Shown one piece after another: positions 50,146 to 59,869 of a DNA stretch of 64,000 nucleotides (position 1 is the stretch's first letter; each line of letters begins with the position of its first letter). The notes below the pieces were generated by a model. The model did no database searches. It was given only the letters and a program-made list of their open reading frames with translations, and had not been told where the DNA came from. The position numbers were made by a program, and so were the translations under genes. The DNA is from an uncultured Verrucomicrobiae bacterium (lineage in GTDB: Bacteria; Verrucomicrobiota; Verrucomicrobiia; Chthoniobacterales; JAFAMB01), in NCBI GenBank assembly GCA_963837955.1, contig CAWIPH010000002.1:1856001-1920000 (forward strand). Direction: 5' to 3'.

Positions 50146-51312
50146 ATGAACAGAGTCAAATTAGGGATAGTTGGCGCCGGAACTATTTCGCTTCGGGTGC
50201 TGCCGCATTTGGTACAACCGGACGTGGTTGAGCGAGCGGAGGTCACGGCGATCTGTGATCCCGTCCCAGGTCGGGCGCGAGCGGTGGCCGAGAAGTTCGG
50301 AGTTCGTCATTGGTTTGCCGAGTACGACGAACTCCTTGGTTGCGACGAAGTCGATGCAGTGACGATCGCTTCGCCAATCAGATATCACTTCGAGCAGGGG
50401 CGGCAGGCGCTCCTGGCTTCAAAGCATGTTCATTTCAATAAGACCTTTGGCACTTGTGTGAGGGAAGCCGAAGAGCTCACACAACTAGCTCAGAAACGTA
50501 ATCTCCGGATAGTTCCGTCGCCCGGTGAGATGCTCCGGCCGCACAACCAATACATTAAGGAACTAATTGGCCGTGGCGAAATTGGGACGGTCTGTTGGGC
50601 GGCTTGTGGCGCAGCCCTTGGTACATATCATCAGGACGAGAGCGAAAGGCAGGGTAACGATGTTCTCTCAAATATTGATCCTTCCTGGTACTTTCGTAAG
50701 CCCGGCGGTGGTCCGCTTTACGACATGACTGTATACGCCCTGACGGCGTTGACAGGGATTCTGGGTCCGGTTCTTCGGGTTGCTGCTCTATCCGGAACGC
50801 GCATTCGAGAGCGGGAGTTTCGCGGCAAGCTGGTTCCATGCGACGCCGACGATAACACTGTCATGCTACTCGATTTTGGCGACAGCGTTTTTGCTTTCGC
50901 CTACGGTACCGCTAGCGGGTCTTTAACCTACGGATTCAACGGGAGTTACTTCGGTACGCGAGGCTCGATCATCGGATTGACGCTCAATGGTGAGCCTTTG
51001 GATTATCCAGGAGCTGACATTGCTCGTCAGGCGCCCGGCGGCTCGGGAGTTGAGTGGCAATTTCAAAACGTGGGAAACCAATGGCTCTTGCCGCATATAA
51101 ACGAATTCCATCGCGATCTTCCTGAGCAACATGTCTTTGAAGACATTATGCAGCTTGTCGATTGGATTACCGAAGGGAAACCGTCAATCGTCACGGCGGA
51201 GCACGCGACACACGTTATCGACATCGTCGAATCCGCCTATCGCGCAAGCTCAAGTGGCCAGACCCAAGTCTTGAGTACAACGATGGAAACGACGAAAGAT
51301 CTCGGCGGTTAA
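50146..51312 (+). CDS. Gfo/Idh/MocA family NAD(P)-dependent oxidoreductase
   Basis: GIVGAG, IASP, KHVHFNK, GGGPLYDMTVY; AGGAG RBS. Confidence 0.93.
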   Translation: MNRVKLGIVGAGTISLRVLPHLVQPDVVERAEVTAICDPVPGRARAVAEKFGVRHWFAEYDELLGCDEVDAVTIASPIRYHFEQGRQALLASKHVHFNKTFGTCVREAEELTQLAQKRNLRIVPSPGEMLRPHNQYIKELIGRGEIGTVCWAACGAALGTYHQDESERQGNDVLSNIDPSWYFRKPGGGPLYDMTVYALTALTGILGPVLRVAALSGTRIREREFRGKLVPCDADDNTVMLLDFGDSVFAFAYGTASGSLTYGFNGSYFGTRGSIIGLTLNGEPLDYPGADIARQAPGGSGVEWQFQNVGNQWLLPHINEFHRDLPEQHVFEDIMQLVDWITEGKPSIVTAEHATHVIDIVESAYRASSSGQTQVLSTTMETTKDLGG

Positions 51313-51355
51313 AGCGATCGTTTGGAGCCGTTGCAAGGGCTTCATGGAGAGTTTT

Positions 51356-52252
51356 ATGTTGAAGGAAATTAAGCTAGCCACTGCACCGGTTTCCTGGGGA
51401 GTGGATCACATGGGTCGCCCCGACCTGCCGTCCTGGCAGGAAGTGTTCGACGAAATCGCTAAAGTTGGCTTTAGGTATACCGAACTCGGACCGCTCGGCT
51501 TTTGGCCTGAGGATGGGAAACTGGTCAAGGCACAATTGGCGGCTCGGCGACTGACCTGCGTGGGAGCGGCGTTACTGGCGTCGTTCGAAGAGGAAAGCCT
51601 GAGCGATCAGGCTTTAGATGAAGCGCGACGGCTCGCGCGTCTGATCTCTGATAGTGGTGGTAGCTTTCTCGTGATCGTCGATTGGAGCGAGAAGAGGCAT
51701 GCAACTGCCGGACGTTCTGAACGAGCACATCGATTAGAAGGTCGAGCCAAGCGCGAGTTTTGGGCGAAAATTGAGAAGGTAGGTGAGATCGGCCGAGAGT
51801 TCGGTGTCCAGGCCGTGGCACATCCACATGCAGGCTCCAATCTGGAGTTTGAAGACGAGGTAGAGGAACTCCTTGCTCACACCGATCCAGAGTTAATCCA
51901 ACTGGCGATCGATACCGGACACTGCCTGTACGGTCAGATCGATCCGACGGCGCTGTACTGCCGCCATGCTGATCGTACACCATACGTTAACTTTAAGGAT
52001 ATTTCGGTTGAACTGCTCGATCAGGTCAGGGCCGGCGGAGTTGCATTCCTTGACGCGGTTGATTTAGGTTTATTTCAGCCTTTGGGAAAAGGTAATGTGG
52101 ATTTCCAATCCTTTTGCGAAGCTCTGAATAAAAACGGGTTCAGCGGGCCGGCTGTTGTTGAGCAGGACCGCAAGCCGGGTGGCAGCGAATCCGCAAGCGC
52201 CGAGATGGTTGCGAGTTTGCAATTCTTGAGTGGCATGGGAATCAATGCGTGA
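51356..52252 (+). CDS. IolE/MocC-like TIM-barrel sugar dehydratase/isomerase (AP_endonuc_2)
   Basis: TAPVSWG, TELGPLG, HPHAG, DTGH, FKD, VVEQD. Confidence 0.88.
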   Translation: MLKEIKLATAPVSWGVDHMGRPDLPSWQEVFDEIAKVGFRYTELGPLGFWPEDGKLVKAQLAARRLTCVGAALLASFEEESLSDQALDEARRLARLISDSGGSFLVIVDWSEKRHATAGRSERAHRLEGRAKREFWAKIEKVGEIGREFGVQAVAHPHAGSNLEFEDEVEELLAHTDPELIQLAIDTGHCLYGQIDPTALYCRHADRTPYVNFKDISVELLDQVRAGGVAFLDAVDLGLFQPLGKGNVDFQSFCEALNKNGFSGPAVVEQDRKPGGSESASAEMVASLQFLSGMGINA

Positions 52253-52264
52253 GCGAATTGGATA

Positions 52265-52293
52265 TTGACCGCGGTTGATAGGTGTATACACTT
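52265..52293 (+). promoter_or_regulatory. sigma70-like promoter with putative GntR operator, copy 4
   Basis: TTGACC-16-TACACT; AGGTGTATACACTT at 52280-52293. Confidence 0.75.
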
Positions 52294-52324
52294 TAACTCG
52301 TTTTTCACATTTCCCTGAAAATCT

Positions 52325-53290
52325 ATGCGATTTGTTTCCTACGGCACGGAATGGAACATGCGTTGCGGCATCCAACTCGGAAGCACCATTTATGATGCTT
52401 CGGCAGTAGCTCATGCGGCCGGATTGTCGCTGGACTATAAGTCCACGGATTGGACCAAAACCAAGGAAGTCATCGCAATTGATGATCGCGCTCTCCGGGT
52501 GCTTGGGACGACTGCAAAAGGCATCAAAGAAACCCGGATCAACGCTGGAATCACGCTGGCGCCGAATAATGCCCGGCTCGGACCTCCTATACCGGATCCG
52601 GAGAAGATCATTTGCTTGGGATTGAATTATCGTGACCATGCCGAAGAGGCGAGCTTGGCTCTGCCCGAGGTGCCGATGTTGTTTGCAAAATTTCGGAACT
52701 CGTTGATTGGCGCGTTTGACAGCATTGAACTGCCGTACGCCAATGAAAAGGTCGACTATGAAGCGGAGCTCGCAGTGGTGATCGGTCGCCAAGCTAAATG
52801 CGTCGCCGAAGCGGAAGCGCTCGAGTACGTCTTTGGTGCGATGGCGATGAACGACGTGAGCGCGAGGGATGTTCAGTTGGCGACCAGTCAATGGACGGCT
52901 GGAAAAGCGATTGATACTTTCGCGCCTTGTGGCCCCGCAATTGTCTCCCGCGATGAACTGGGCGATATGCAAAATCTTGCCATCAAGACGCGAGTAAATG
53001 GAAGGCTGGTTCAAGATGGGAGCACCGCGAACATGATCTTCGGTGTGAGTTATATCGTTTCCTATCTCAGCCAATTGATGACCCTGGAACCTGGCGACAT
53101 TATCGCAACCGGTACGCCGGCGGGCGTTGGCTTCAAGCGCCAGCCACAAGTACTGCTGAAAGATGGCGACGTTGTGGAGATTGAGATCGAAAAAATCGGG
53201 CGTCTTGCGAATCCCGTGCACGATCGGAATGGCGTTGGGATGCGGAAATCAGACGTAAATCAGATCGGCTTGGAAGAGGGAATAAAATAG
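52325..53290 (+). CDS. Fumarylacetoacetate hydrolase family protein
   Basis: ICLGLNYRDH, DYEAEL, NDVSARD, GKAIDTF, TGTPAGVG. Confidence 0.95.
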   Translation: MRFVSYGTEWNMRCGIQLGSTIYDASAVAHAAGLSLDYKSTDWTKTKEVIAIDDRALRVLGTTAKGIKETRINAGITLAPNNARLGPPIPDPEKIICLGLNYRDHAEEASLALPEVPMLFAKFRNSLIGAFDSIELPYANEKVDYEAELAVVIGRQAKCVAEAEALEYVFGAMAMNDVSARDVQLATSQWTAGKAIDTFAPCGPAIVSRDELGDMQNLAIKTRVNGRLVQDGSTANMIFGVSYIVSYLSQLMTLEPGDIIATGTPAGVGFKRQPQVLLKDGDVVEIEIEKIGRLANPVHDRNGVGMRKSDVNQIGLEEGIK

Positions 53291-53339
53291 TTTGGAGAAT
53301 TATGCTCTCCAGGTTATCAAGGTGATCGGCGCCAGCGGA

Positions 53340-53353
53340 TTCTGTATACACAA
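53340..53353. promoter_or_regulatory. Putative GntR operator, copy 5 (degenerate, autoregulatory position)
   Basis: TTCTGTATACACAA about 30 bp upstream of gntR. Confidence 0.55.
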
Positions 53354-53385
53354 GCGACACGCGATCCGCGAAAGTAACAACACGC

Positions 53386-54156
53386 ATGGTCAAGGCCGTC
53401 TCTCCTGAATTGAACGTGCTTCCCCGCAAAAGCGAATGGGAGAATGCGGAAGAGATTCATGACGGTTTGCGGAGAGCGATTTTAAAAAACGAACTTCCCG
53501 CTGGGATGATTTTAAACCAGGTACATCTGGCAAAGCGAATGGGCGTCAGCCGCACACCACTGCGTGAAGCCATGCGCATGCTGCAACGAGAGGGGCTGAT
53601 CGAAGGCGAATCTTACAAGCGCCTGCGAGTTTCTCCGCTGTCTTTACGAGGATTGGAAGACCTTTATGCGATGCGGATCTTGCTAGAAGGATTGGCTATC
53701 CGGCTGAGTGTTCCTCGCTTGTCCGAAAGCGAAGTGAAGGAAATCAAAAGGCACCTTGACGAAATGGAACGGTACGCGGGGACAGAAGACTACCATGGTT
53801 GGGAGCAACCGCATCGTCAGTTTCATCTTGGGTTGGTGCAACATGTTGGCGAGCGGCAATTGAGAGAGATCGTGGAACTGTCCGAGCACGCGGAACGCTA
53901 CCGTCACGCCTACACCACGGAAACGCCGCGAGCCTGGTCGAAGGGCATAAAGGAACATCGCGACATCCTAGATGCGTGCGCCAGGCGAGATCCTGCGCTC
54001 GCAGCGGAGCGGTTGGCCCGCCATTATTCGTCGGTAGTCTTGGGTCTGCTTGGAGTGCTCGCCCCTGATCACGACCCAACGGCAGTCCGGACGGCCATGA
54101 AGATGGTTTCATTTCCAACCGGGGGCGACGCGCATTCTGATGACCGGAGGCGCTGA
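53386..54156 (+). CDS. GntR family regulator (FadR/VanR, FCD domain)
   Basis: GVSRTPLREAMRMLQREGL, HRQFH, EHRDIL. Confidence 0.95.
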   Translation: MVKAVSPELNVLPRKSEWENAEEIHDGLRRAILKNELPAGMILNQVHLAKRMGVSRTPLREAMRMLQREGLIEGESYKRLRVSPLSLRGLEDLYAMRILLEGLAIRLSVPRLSESEVKEIKRHLDEMERYAGTEDYHGWEQPHRQFHLGLVQHVGERQLREIVELSEHAERYRHAYTTETPRAWSKGIKEHRDILDACARRDPALAAERLARHYSSVVLGLLGVLAPDHDPTAVRTAMKMVSFPTGGDAHSDDRRR

Positions 54157-54910
54157 GAGATTTTCGGGATTATCTCTAATCGGCAGACGTGCGCTTGTCA
54201 CGGGTGCTAGTCGGGGAATCGGCAAAGCGATTGCTCTCGCCCTGGCGGAGGCGGGCGCAGAGGTGTTGCTGCTCGGCCGATCAGAATCGGATCTCGCCGA
54301 GGTCTCAGACACGATCCGTGGATTTGGTGATGGAGCAGAAGCACTGATTTGTGACCTCCTGAATCCATCTAGCCTAGCTTCTACTGCACAAAGACTGGGC
54401 CGCATTGATATTCTGATCAACAATGCCGGGATAAATATCCCTGAGCCGTTTGTGTCTGTCACAGAGTCCCACTACGACCAAATCTTTCAATTGAATGTGC
54501 GAGCCTTGTTCTTTCTAACGCAATCCATCGTCGATCGGATGATGGCGGAAAATGTAAAAGGCGTGATTGTTAACATCACTTCCCAGATGGGGCACGTGGG
54601 TGCAGCCGACCGGACGGTGTATTGCGCGGCGAAGCATGCAGTCGAGGGGTTCACGAAAGCCTTGGCAATCGAGGTCGCCCCGTACGGCATTCGGGTAAAC
54701 GCGGTTGCTCCCACGTTCGTCGAAACGGAATTCACCAGGCCGATGTTCGCCGACGAAAGCTTTCGGGAATCTGTCCTCTCAAAGATTCCGACTGGTCGCT
54801 TCGGACGGCCGGAAGATATCGCGCCGATCGTCGTATTTCTTTGCACCGATGCGGCGGCTCTAATTACGGGTTCCAGCGTGAAAGTTGACGGCGGCTGGAC
54901 GGCCCAGTAG
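54140..54910 (+). CDS. SDR family oxidoreductase
   Basis: TGASRGIG, NNAG, TSQMGHVG, YCAAK. Confidence 0.95.
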   Translation: MTGGAERFSGLSLIGRRALVTGASRGIGKAIALALAEAGAEVLLLGRSESDLAEVSDTIRGFGDGAEALICDLLNPSSLASTAQRLGRIDILINNAGINIPEPFVSVTESHYDQIFQLNVRALFFLTQSIVDRMMAENVKGVIVNITSQMGHVGAADRTVYCAAKHAVEGFTKALAIEVAPYGIRVNAVAPTFVETEFTRPMFADESFRESVLSKIPTGRFGRPEDIAPIVVFLCTDAAALITGSSVKVDGGWTAQ

Positions 54911-54965
54911 CGGCTACCGCGAGCATTTGAACTTGAACGAAAGACGACAATCAGCAGAACAGCTA

Positions 54966-54994
54966 TTGCTAACTGCAAATAAGTGTATACACTT
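54966..54994 (+). promoter_or_regulatory. sigma70-like promoter with perfect palindromic operator, copy 6
   Basis: TTGCTA-16-TACACT; AAGTGTATACACTT at 54981-54994. Confidence 0.8.
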
Positions 54995-55032
54995 GTCCCT
55001 CCTAGTTTTTCCGTAATCTCTCTTTAAGAAGG

Positions 55033-56073
55033 ATGAATGCTCTTTTGTTTACTGGGCCCAGCAGGATCGAAGTTCAGAACCGGCCTGTCCCATCTCTGCG
55101 CGCAGGTCATTGCTTGATCCGGGTAGCTTATCTTGGCATCTGCGGGGCCGATGCGGCCTTCTATAAAGGCAGCAGTTTTTATCTAAGGCAGGGACTTAAG
55201 TCCTATCCGTTTATCTTCGGCCATGAATGGTCTGGAACCATCGTCGACATTGCCGAAGACGTCATCGGATTTAAACGAGGCGACCGCGTTGTAGGTCACA
55301 ATTTTGCTACTTGCGGCGTATGCGCGATGTGTCGAGCGGGTCGAGCCACACTGTGCTCCGGTCATGAAGAGATTGGTATTTCCGGCTCGCTTTACGACGG
55401 AGCTGCTGCTGAGTATTACCTTGCTCCGGCGCGTACGCTCATACAGATCCCGGCTAGTTTAGACTTTCTGGACGCCGCGCTGATAGAACCCGTGACCACT
55501 GTGGTTCACGCAATCAACCGGGTCAGAATTAACGAGAACGACATTGTGGCAGTTATAGGGACGGGCAATCTTGGCCTATCCGCTGTCCAGGTCATTAAAG
55601 CGATGGATGCCACTGTTCACTCAGTCGGCATAGAAGAGCCCGGGCTAGAGTCTGCGCGCCATCTTGGAGCCGACGAGGTCATGCGGCCGGAGCAAGCCGC
55701 ACGCGACTCTTACTCCGTCGTTCTTGAGTTCTCAGGCTCGGAGCAGGCAGCTAAGCTTGCTCCGGAGGTGGTTGCACCGGGGGGAAGAATTGGTTATGTG
55801 GGAATCGTTCCGGTTGCAGTTAAGGATTACCCGGTTTCGTCGTTGGTGATCAAAGACGTCGAAGCGCACGGAATTCTATCGGGGCTAAACTACTGGGATC
55901 GAACTTTGGGTTTGGCGGCTAAGCGATGGTTAAATCCGCGACAACTCGTTGACAGAGTTTTTCCGTATACCGAGGCGCCGGCAGCATTCGAGCGCCTGAT
56001 TAGTCCAAACCGCGCGAGACCAAAGTTAGCAATTTCATTCGAGGACGGGTCGGCATCGCTAAGTAACAATTAA
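55033..56073 (+). CDS. Zinc-dependent alcohol/polyol dehydrogenase (MDR)
   Basis: GICGAD, GHEWSG, CGVCAMC...C, GTGNLG. Confidence 0.95.
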   Translation: MNALLFTGPSRIEVQNRPVPSLRAGHCLIRVAYLGICGADAAFYKGSSFYLRQGLKSYPFIFGHEWSGTIVDIAEDVIGFKRGDRVVGHNFATCGVCAMCRAGRATLCSGHEEIGISGSLYDGAAAEYYLAPARTLIQIPASLDFLDAALIEPVTTVVHAINRVRINENDIVAVIGTGNLGLSAVQVIKAMDATVHSVGIEEPGLESARHLGADEVMRPEQAARDSYSVVLEFSGSEQAAKLAPEVVAPGGRIGYVGIVPVAVKDYPVSSLVIKDVEAHGILSGLNYWDRTLGLAAKRWLNPRQLVDRVFPYTEAPAAFERLISPNRARPKLAISFEDGSASLSNN

Positions 56074-56085
56074 TCTGGAGGCTTT

Positions 56086-56856
56086 ATGGATTACCAACTC
56101 CAAGGTCGAACCGCTTTTATTACCGGTGGAGCGAAGGGCATTGGAAAAGCAACAGCCGATCTGCTCTCTGCCGAAGGGGTAAGAGTCGCGATTGCCGATA
56201 TAGACCCACCGTCCTGCCAGCAGCCCACGATGATCTTCATCCGCGCCGACCTGGCCACAGCGGAGGGAGTCGATGAGGCTATCCGGCAGGTCGTCGACGC
56301 ATTCGATGGTCCCCCTGATTTCCTAATCAACAATGTAGGAGCTGCTTCTCCGCTACCTTTCGACTCACTGAGCGACGATGCCTGGCGGAGATGTTTTGAA
56401 CTTAACCTCATGAGTCATGTTCGGGTCACACGACTGTTGATCGGACGGATGGCGGAACGAACAGGAGGGGGTGTAGTCAATATCTCCTCGGACTTAGCCA
56501 AGCAGCCCGAGCCGATGCCGATAGACTATGGCTGCATGAAAGCGGCTCTGCTTTATCTGACTAAAGCGTTGGCGATCCAATATTCCCCGGCTGTCAGAGT
56601 CAACGCGATTTGCCCTGGTCCAGTATGGACAGACCTTTGGACCAAACCTGGTGGGGTCGTTTCGAATCTTCAGAAGACCTATGACCTTCCTGCAGACGAA
56701 GCGCTCGAAAGATACCTGAAGGAACGGCAACTGAAGCTTGGTCTGGGGAAGCCGCAGGATATCGCCTCGATCATCGCGTTTTTACTCTCACCACAGGGCG
56801 GGTGGATTACAGGAGCGAGCCTTGACGCCGGTGGAACGATCCGCGGCCTTTTGTGA
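56086..56856 (+). CDS. SDR family oxidoreductase
   Basis: TGGAKGIG, NNVG, YGCMK; GGAGG RBS. Confidence 0.93.
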   Translation: MDYQLQGRTAFITGGAKGIGKATADLLSAEGVRVAIADIDPPSCQQPTMIFIRADLATAEGVDEAIRQVVDAFDGPPDFLINNVGAASPLPFDSLSDDAWRRCFELNLMSHVRVTRLLIGRMAERTGGGVVNISSDLAKQPEPMPIDYGCMKAALLYLTKALAIQYSPAVRVNAICPGPVWTDLWTKPGGVVSNLQKTYDLPADEALERYLKERQLKLGLGKPQDIASIIAFLLSPQGGWITGASLDAGGTIRGLL

Positions 56857-56880
56857 GTTGTCATCAAAAGAAAGAAAGAA

Positions 56881-57291
56881 ATGAAGCACAGCACGGTCAT
56901 CCTGTCGGATAGCAAGAACCCTTCGACGGTATTTGGAGTACACGGTGGAACTGGAACGTTGCTTTGGAAACGTTTAGCAACCGGATCCCACTTACACGGA
57001 GACTGGGACGGTTTTGAATGGGTCGCGCTTGGACCCGACGATCGGGTGGGAAAGCACACCCACACGCACACGGAAGAAATATTCTATTTTCTTAGTGGCA
57101 CCGGTCTAGTCACCATGGACGGAGTTGAGCGCAGAGTGGGTCCAGGCGACTTGGTGGTTACACCTCTGAATTCCTGGCAAAGCGTGATCAATGATGGCTC
57201 TGAGAACTTGGAATATATCGTGATTGAGGTATTCCCACCGGCCATTTCGGAGAAACTGCCGCCGCGTCGGCCAACTGATGAAAAGGAGTAA
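56881..57291 (+). CDS. Cupin domain protein
   Basis: HTHTHTEEIFYFLSGTG, VGPGDLV. Confidence 0.9.
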   Translation: MKHSTVILSDSKNPSTVFGVHGGTGTLLWKRLATGSHLHGDWDGFEWVALGPDDRVGKHTHTHTEEIFYFLSGTGLVTMDGVERRVGPGDLVVTPLNSWQSVINDGSENLEYIVIEVFPPAISEKLPPRRPTDEKE

Positions 57292-57294
57292 AAT

Positions 57295-57600
57295 ATGCCT
57301 GGGAAATTTCTACACCTTAATTCTGGCGAGAAGCACGATTTAGCGCCGTTCTTCGATGGGCCGTGGAGCACGATCGAGCGCAAGGTCGTGTTACCTGGTC
57401 AGTCCGAAATTCTGACGCAGGCCAATAAAGAAATTGCGGCCTACGTGATTGAGGGGAAGGGCCGGCTGGAGGTAAGCGGGAGACAATTTGAGCTAGAGCC
57501 CGGCTCTGCTGCGATGTTGTTGAAAGATAGTACAATTAGTTTTTACGCTCAGGAAAACATGGAGCTGCTGTTAGTCAGCGTGTTAACGTCGGGGAAGTGA
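57295..57600 (+). CDS. Cupin-like protein lacking metal His residues
   Basis: EIAAYVIEGKG...LEPGSA pattern; AGGAG RBS; 3 bp after the previous gene. Confidence 0.75.
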   Translation: MPGKFLHLNSGEKHDLAPFFDGPWSTIERKVVLPGQSEILTQANKEIAAYVIEGKGRLEVSGRQFELEPGSAAMLLKDSTISFYAQENMELLLVSVLTSGK

Positions 57601-57640
57601 CAGTTTCTGTCGAGCTCGGCAGGCGGCCATAGAGGAACAT

Positions 57641-59191
57641 ATGGAGGATTCTTGGTGGAGGCGGGCGGTTGTCTATCAGATCTATCCCCGGAGTTTCGCG
57701 GACAGCAACGACGATGGAGTTGGCGACCTTCGTGGCATCACCCGACATCTAGAGTACTTGGAATGGCTTGGGGCTAACGCGATCTGGTTGTGCCCGATCT
57801 ACACATCTCCGATGATTGATTTCGGCTATGACATCACTGATCACAAGGGCGTTGATCCTTTGTTCGGAACGCTCTCCGATTTTGATGAACTGGTGAAAGA
57901 ATGTCACGCTCGCGAAATTCGGCTGATCCTGGACCTTGTTCCTAACCACACGTCTATCGAACACCCGTGGTTCAAGGAATCATTGAGTTCGCGGCGCTCT
58001 CGCCGCAGAGATTGGTACATTTGGAAGGATCCAAAACCGGACAGTTCTGCACCGAATAATTGGAGAAGCGTGACCGGAGGCTCGGCCTGGAGTCTTGACA
58101 GTGTGACGGGCCAATATTTTCTGCACAGTTTCTTGCCGTGCCAGCCTGATCTGAATTGGCGCAATCCGGAAGTGCGGGAGGCTTTCTTCGATGTGATGCG
58201 CTTTTGGCTGGAACGAGAGGTCGACGGCTTTCGAATCGACATGCTGGATTTTCTCGCCAAGGACCCCGACTTCTCTGATGAACCAAACCCGAACTATACA
58301 TTTGCAACCTCCGAAAGGCACTCAAATCATCCGGATGTATTTGACATAGCTAAGCAGATTCAATCGGTGGTGGACTCCTACCCAAATAAGGTAACGATCG
58401 GAGAGGTAAACCCTTTCCTGGATGTGGCACATGTCGTGCGGTATTATGGATCAGGCGACTCGATAAATCTGCCTTTCAATTTTGGCCTGCTCCGGATTCC
58501 CTGGACCCCCGGAAGTTTGCGCGACTTCGTGCGAAGGTATGAATCGAGTCTTCCAAAGCATGCGTGGCCAAATTACACGCTTGGGAATCACGACACACAG
58601 CGGTTAGCTTCGAGAATACCGCGGAGCGACTTACCTTTGGTCGCTGTCCTACTCCTCACGCTGCGAGGGACGCCGTTCTTGTATTATGGAGATGAGCTCG
58701 GAATGGAGAACGTGCAGATCCCCCCTGAAGCCATTCGAGACCCGTGGGAAAAGGTGGACCCCGGTCGCGGCCGGGATGGTGCCAGAACGCCGATGCCATG
58801 GGATGAATCGAACTTTGCTGGTTTTTCCCAGCAGCAGCCGTGGCTGCCAATGGCGGGGCATAAAGAAACGAACGTAACGAGCCTTCGATGCGATGAAACC
58901 TCGCTTCTACATGTTTACCGGGAGCTCATCCGGATTCGAAAAAGTAGACCTGCACTAGCCATGGGTACTCTAGAAATTCCGGAGTCCGACCAGCCCGAGT
59001 TGCTTGCCTTTCGGAGATGTCTGGGAACTGAACAGTTGGTTGTCGCGCTTAATTTTTCGGTTGAACGATGTGATCTTCGAACCACCTGGGATGGAGTAGA
59101 GGGCAAACTGATTTTCTCCACGCACGGGAGCCGTGAGCTCAATAGGTCCGTCGGTTTTTTGGAACCTAAGGAGGCCGTGATCATTCGCTGA
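57641..59191 (+). CDS. GH13 alpha-glucosidase / oligo-1,6-glucosidase family
   Basis: YQIYPRSFADS, DLVPNHTS, DGFRID, IGE, GNHD. Confidence 0.95.
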   Translation: MEDSWWRRAVVYQIYPRSFADSNDDGVGDLRGITRHLEYLEWLGANAIWLCPIYTSPMIDFGYDITDHKGVDPLFGTLSDFDELVKECHAREIRLILDLVPNHTSIEHPWFKESLSSRRSRRRDWYIWKDPKPDSSAPNNWRSVTGGSAWSLDSVTGQYFLHSFLPCQPDLNWRNPEVREAFFDVMRFWLEREVDGFRIDMLDFLAKDPDFSDEPNPNYTFATSERHSNHPDVFDIAKQIQSVVDSYPNKVTIGEVNPFLDVAHVVRYYGSGDSINLPFNFGLLRIPWTPGSLRDFVRRYESSLPKHAWPNYTLGNHDTQRLASRIPRSDLPLVAVLLLTLRGTPFLYYGDELGMENVQIPPEAIRDPWEKVDPGRGRDGARTPMPWDESNFAGFSQQQPWLPMAGHKETNVTSLRCDETSLLHVYRELIRIRKSRPALAMGTLEIPESDQPELLAFRRCLGTEQLVVALNFSVERCDLRTTWDGVEGKLIFSTHGSRELNRSVGFLEPKEAVIIR

Positions 59192-59226
59192 ATAGCGACA
59201 CACTCGACGTAAATCCACGCTTCAGA

Positions 59227-59355
59227 ATGCCAGATATGGTGGAGCTGTGGTGCTTATTCGACGCAGTTGAGAGGAGTGAGCCGGTACCCATCTCAGCCGA
59301 ACAAATCTGCGATAATCCTAAGCTTATTACCGCATGCTACGACTCGGCAGCGCGA
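59227..59355 (+). pseudogene. C-terminal remnant of a Gfo/Idh/MocA oxidoreductase, in frame with the cupin
   Basis: ELWCLFDAVERSEPVPISAEQ...LITACYDSA resembles the terminal helices of that family (compare DWITEGKPSIVTAEH..IVESAYRAS in the 50146 gene). Confidence 0.45.
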
Positions 59356-59412
59356 GAGATGCCGGATCAAGCTTTGGGCTACGAAAGCCGACCAGATTCA
59401 GCGGTAGCTGCC

Positions 59413-59814
59413 ATGCAAGTAACTTCCAGAACTACAGTTGAACCAATAATCGTGCACCAAACGGTGCGTGTTTACCCGCTTCTGAGGCGATGGTCGCTCG
59501 CTGAGGAAACTAAAGGGACCTACCTTGAATTCATAGACGATTTTGAAATCGATTCCGGCAGTAAGGCCGAACCTCACTTCCACGATACGCACGAATGGTA
59601 TTTCATTTTGGAAGGGAAAGGCGTGGTTCAGATCGAAAGCGAAGCACGGACGGTCAAAGCCGGCGATCTAGTCTACATTCCTAGGAACCAGCGACACACC
59701 ATCTATCCAACGGGCAAGAGCAAGATTCGTGCGCTTTGCTTTGCTGTAAGCTATCAGCCGGTGGATGGACCAGCGTATATCCCAGTCCAATTGGATGAAA
59801 TCGCTCCTTCGTGA
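59413..59814 (+). CDS. Cupin domain protein
   Basis: HFHDTHEWYFILEG...IPRNQRH complete metal motif. Confidence 0.88.
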   Translation: MQVTSRTTVEPIIVHQTVRVYPLLRRWSLAEETKGTYLEFIDDFEIDSGSKAEPHFHDTHEWYFILEGKGVVQIESEARTVKAGDLVYIPRNQRHTIYPTGKSKIRALCFAVSYQPVDGPAYIPVQLDEIAPS

Positions 59815-59869
59815 TGTGTTCGGCCCCGAACGAGCACTGTTTACCGGAGCTATAACCGGATGAAACCTT

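Noticed and set aside
52070..53221. 383-aa minus-strand ORF and similar long antisense ORFs (27388-28323, 10345-11184, 12544-13353)
   Set aside because: Shadow frames of well-supported genes on the other strand
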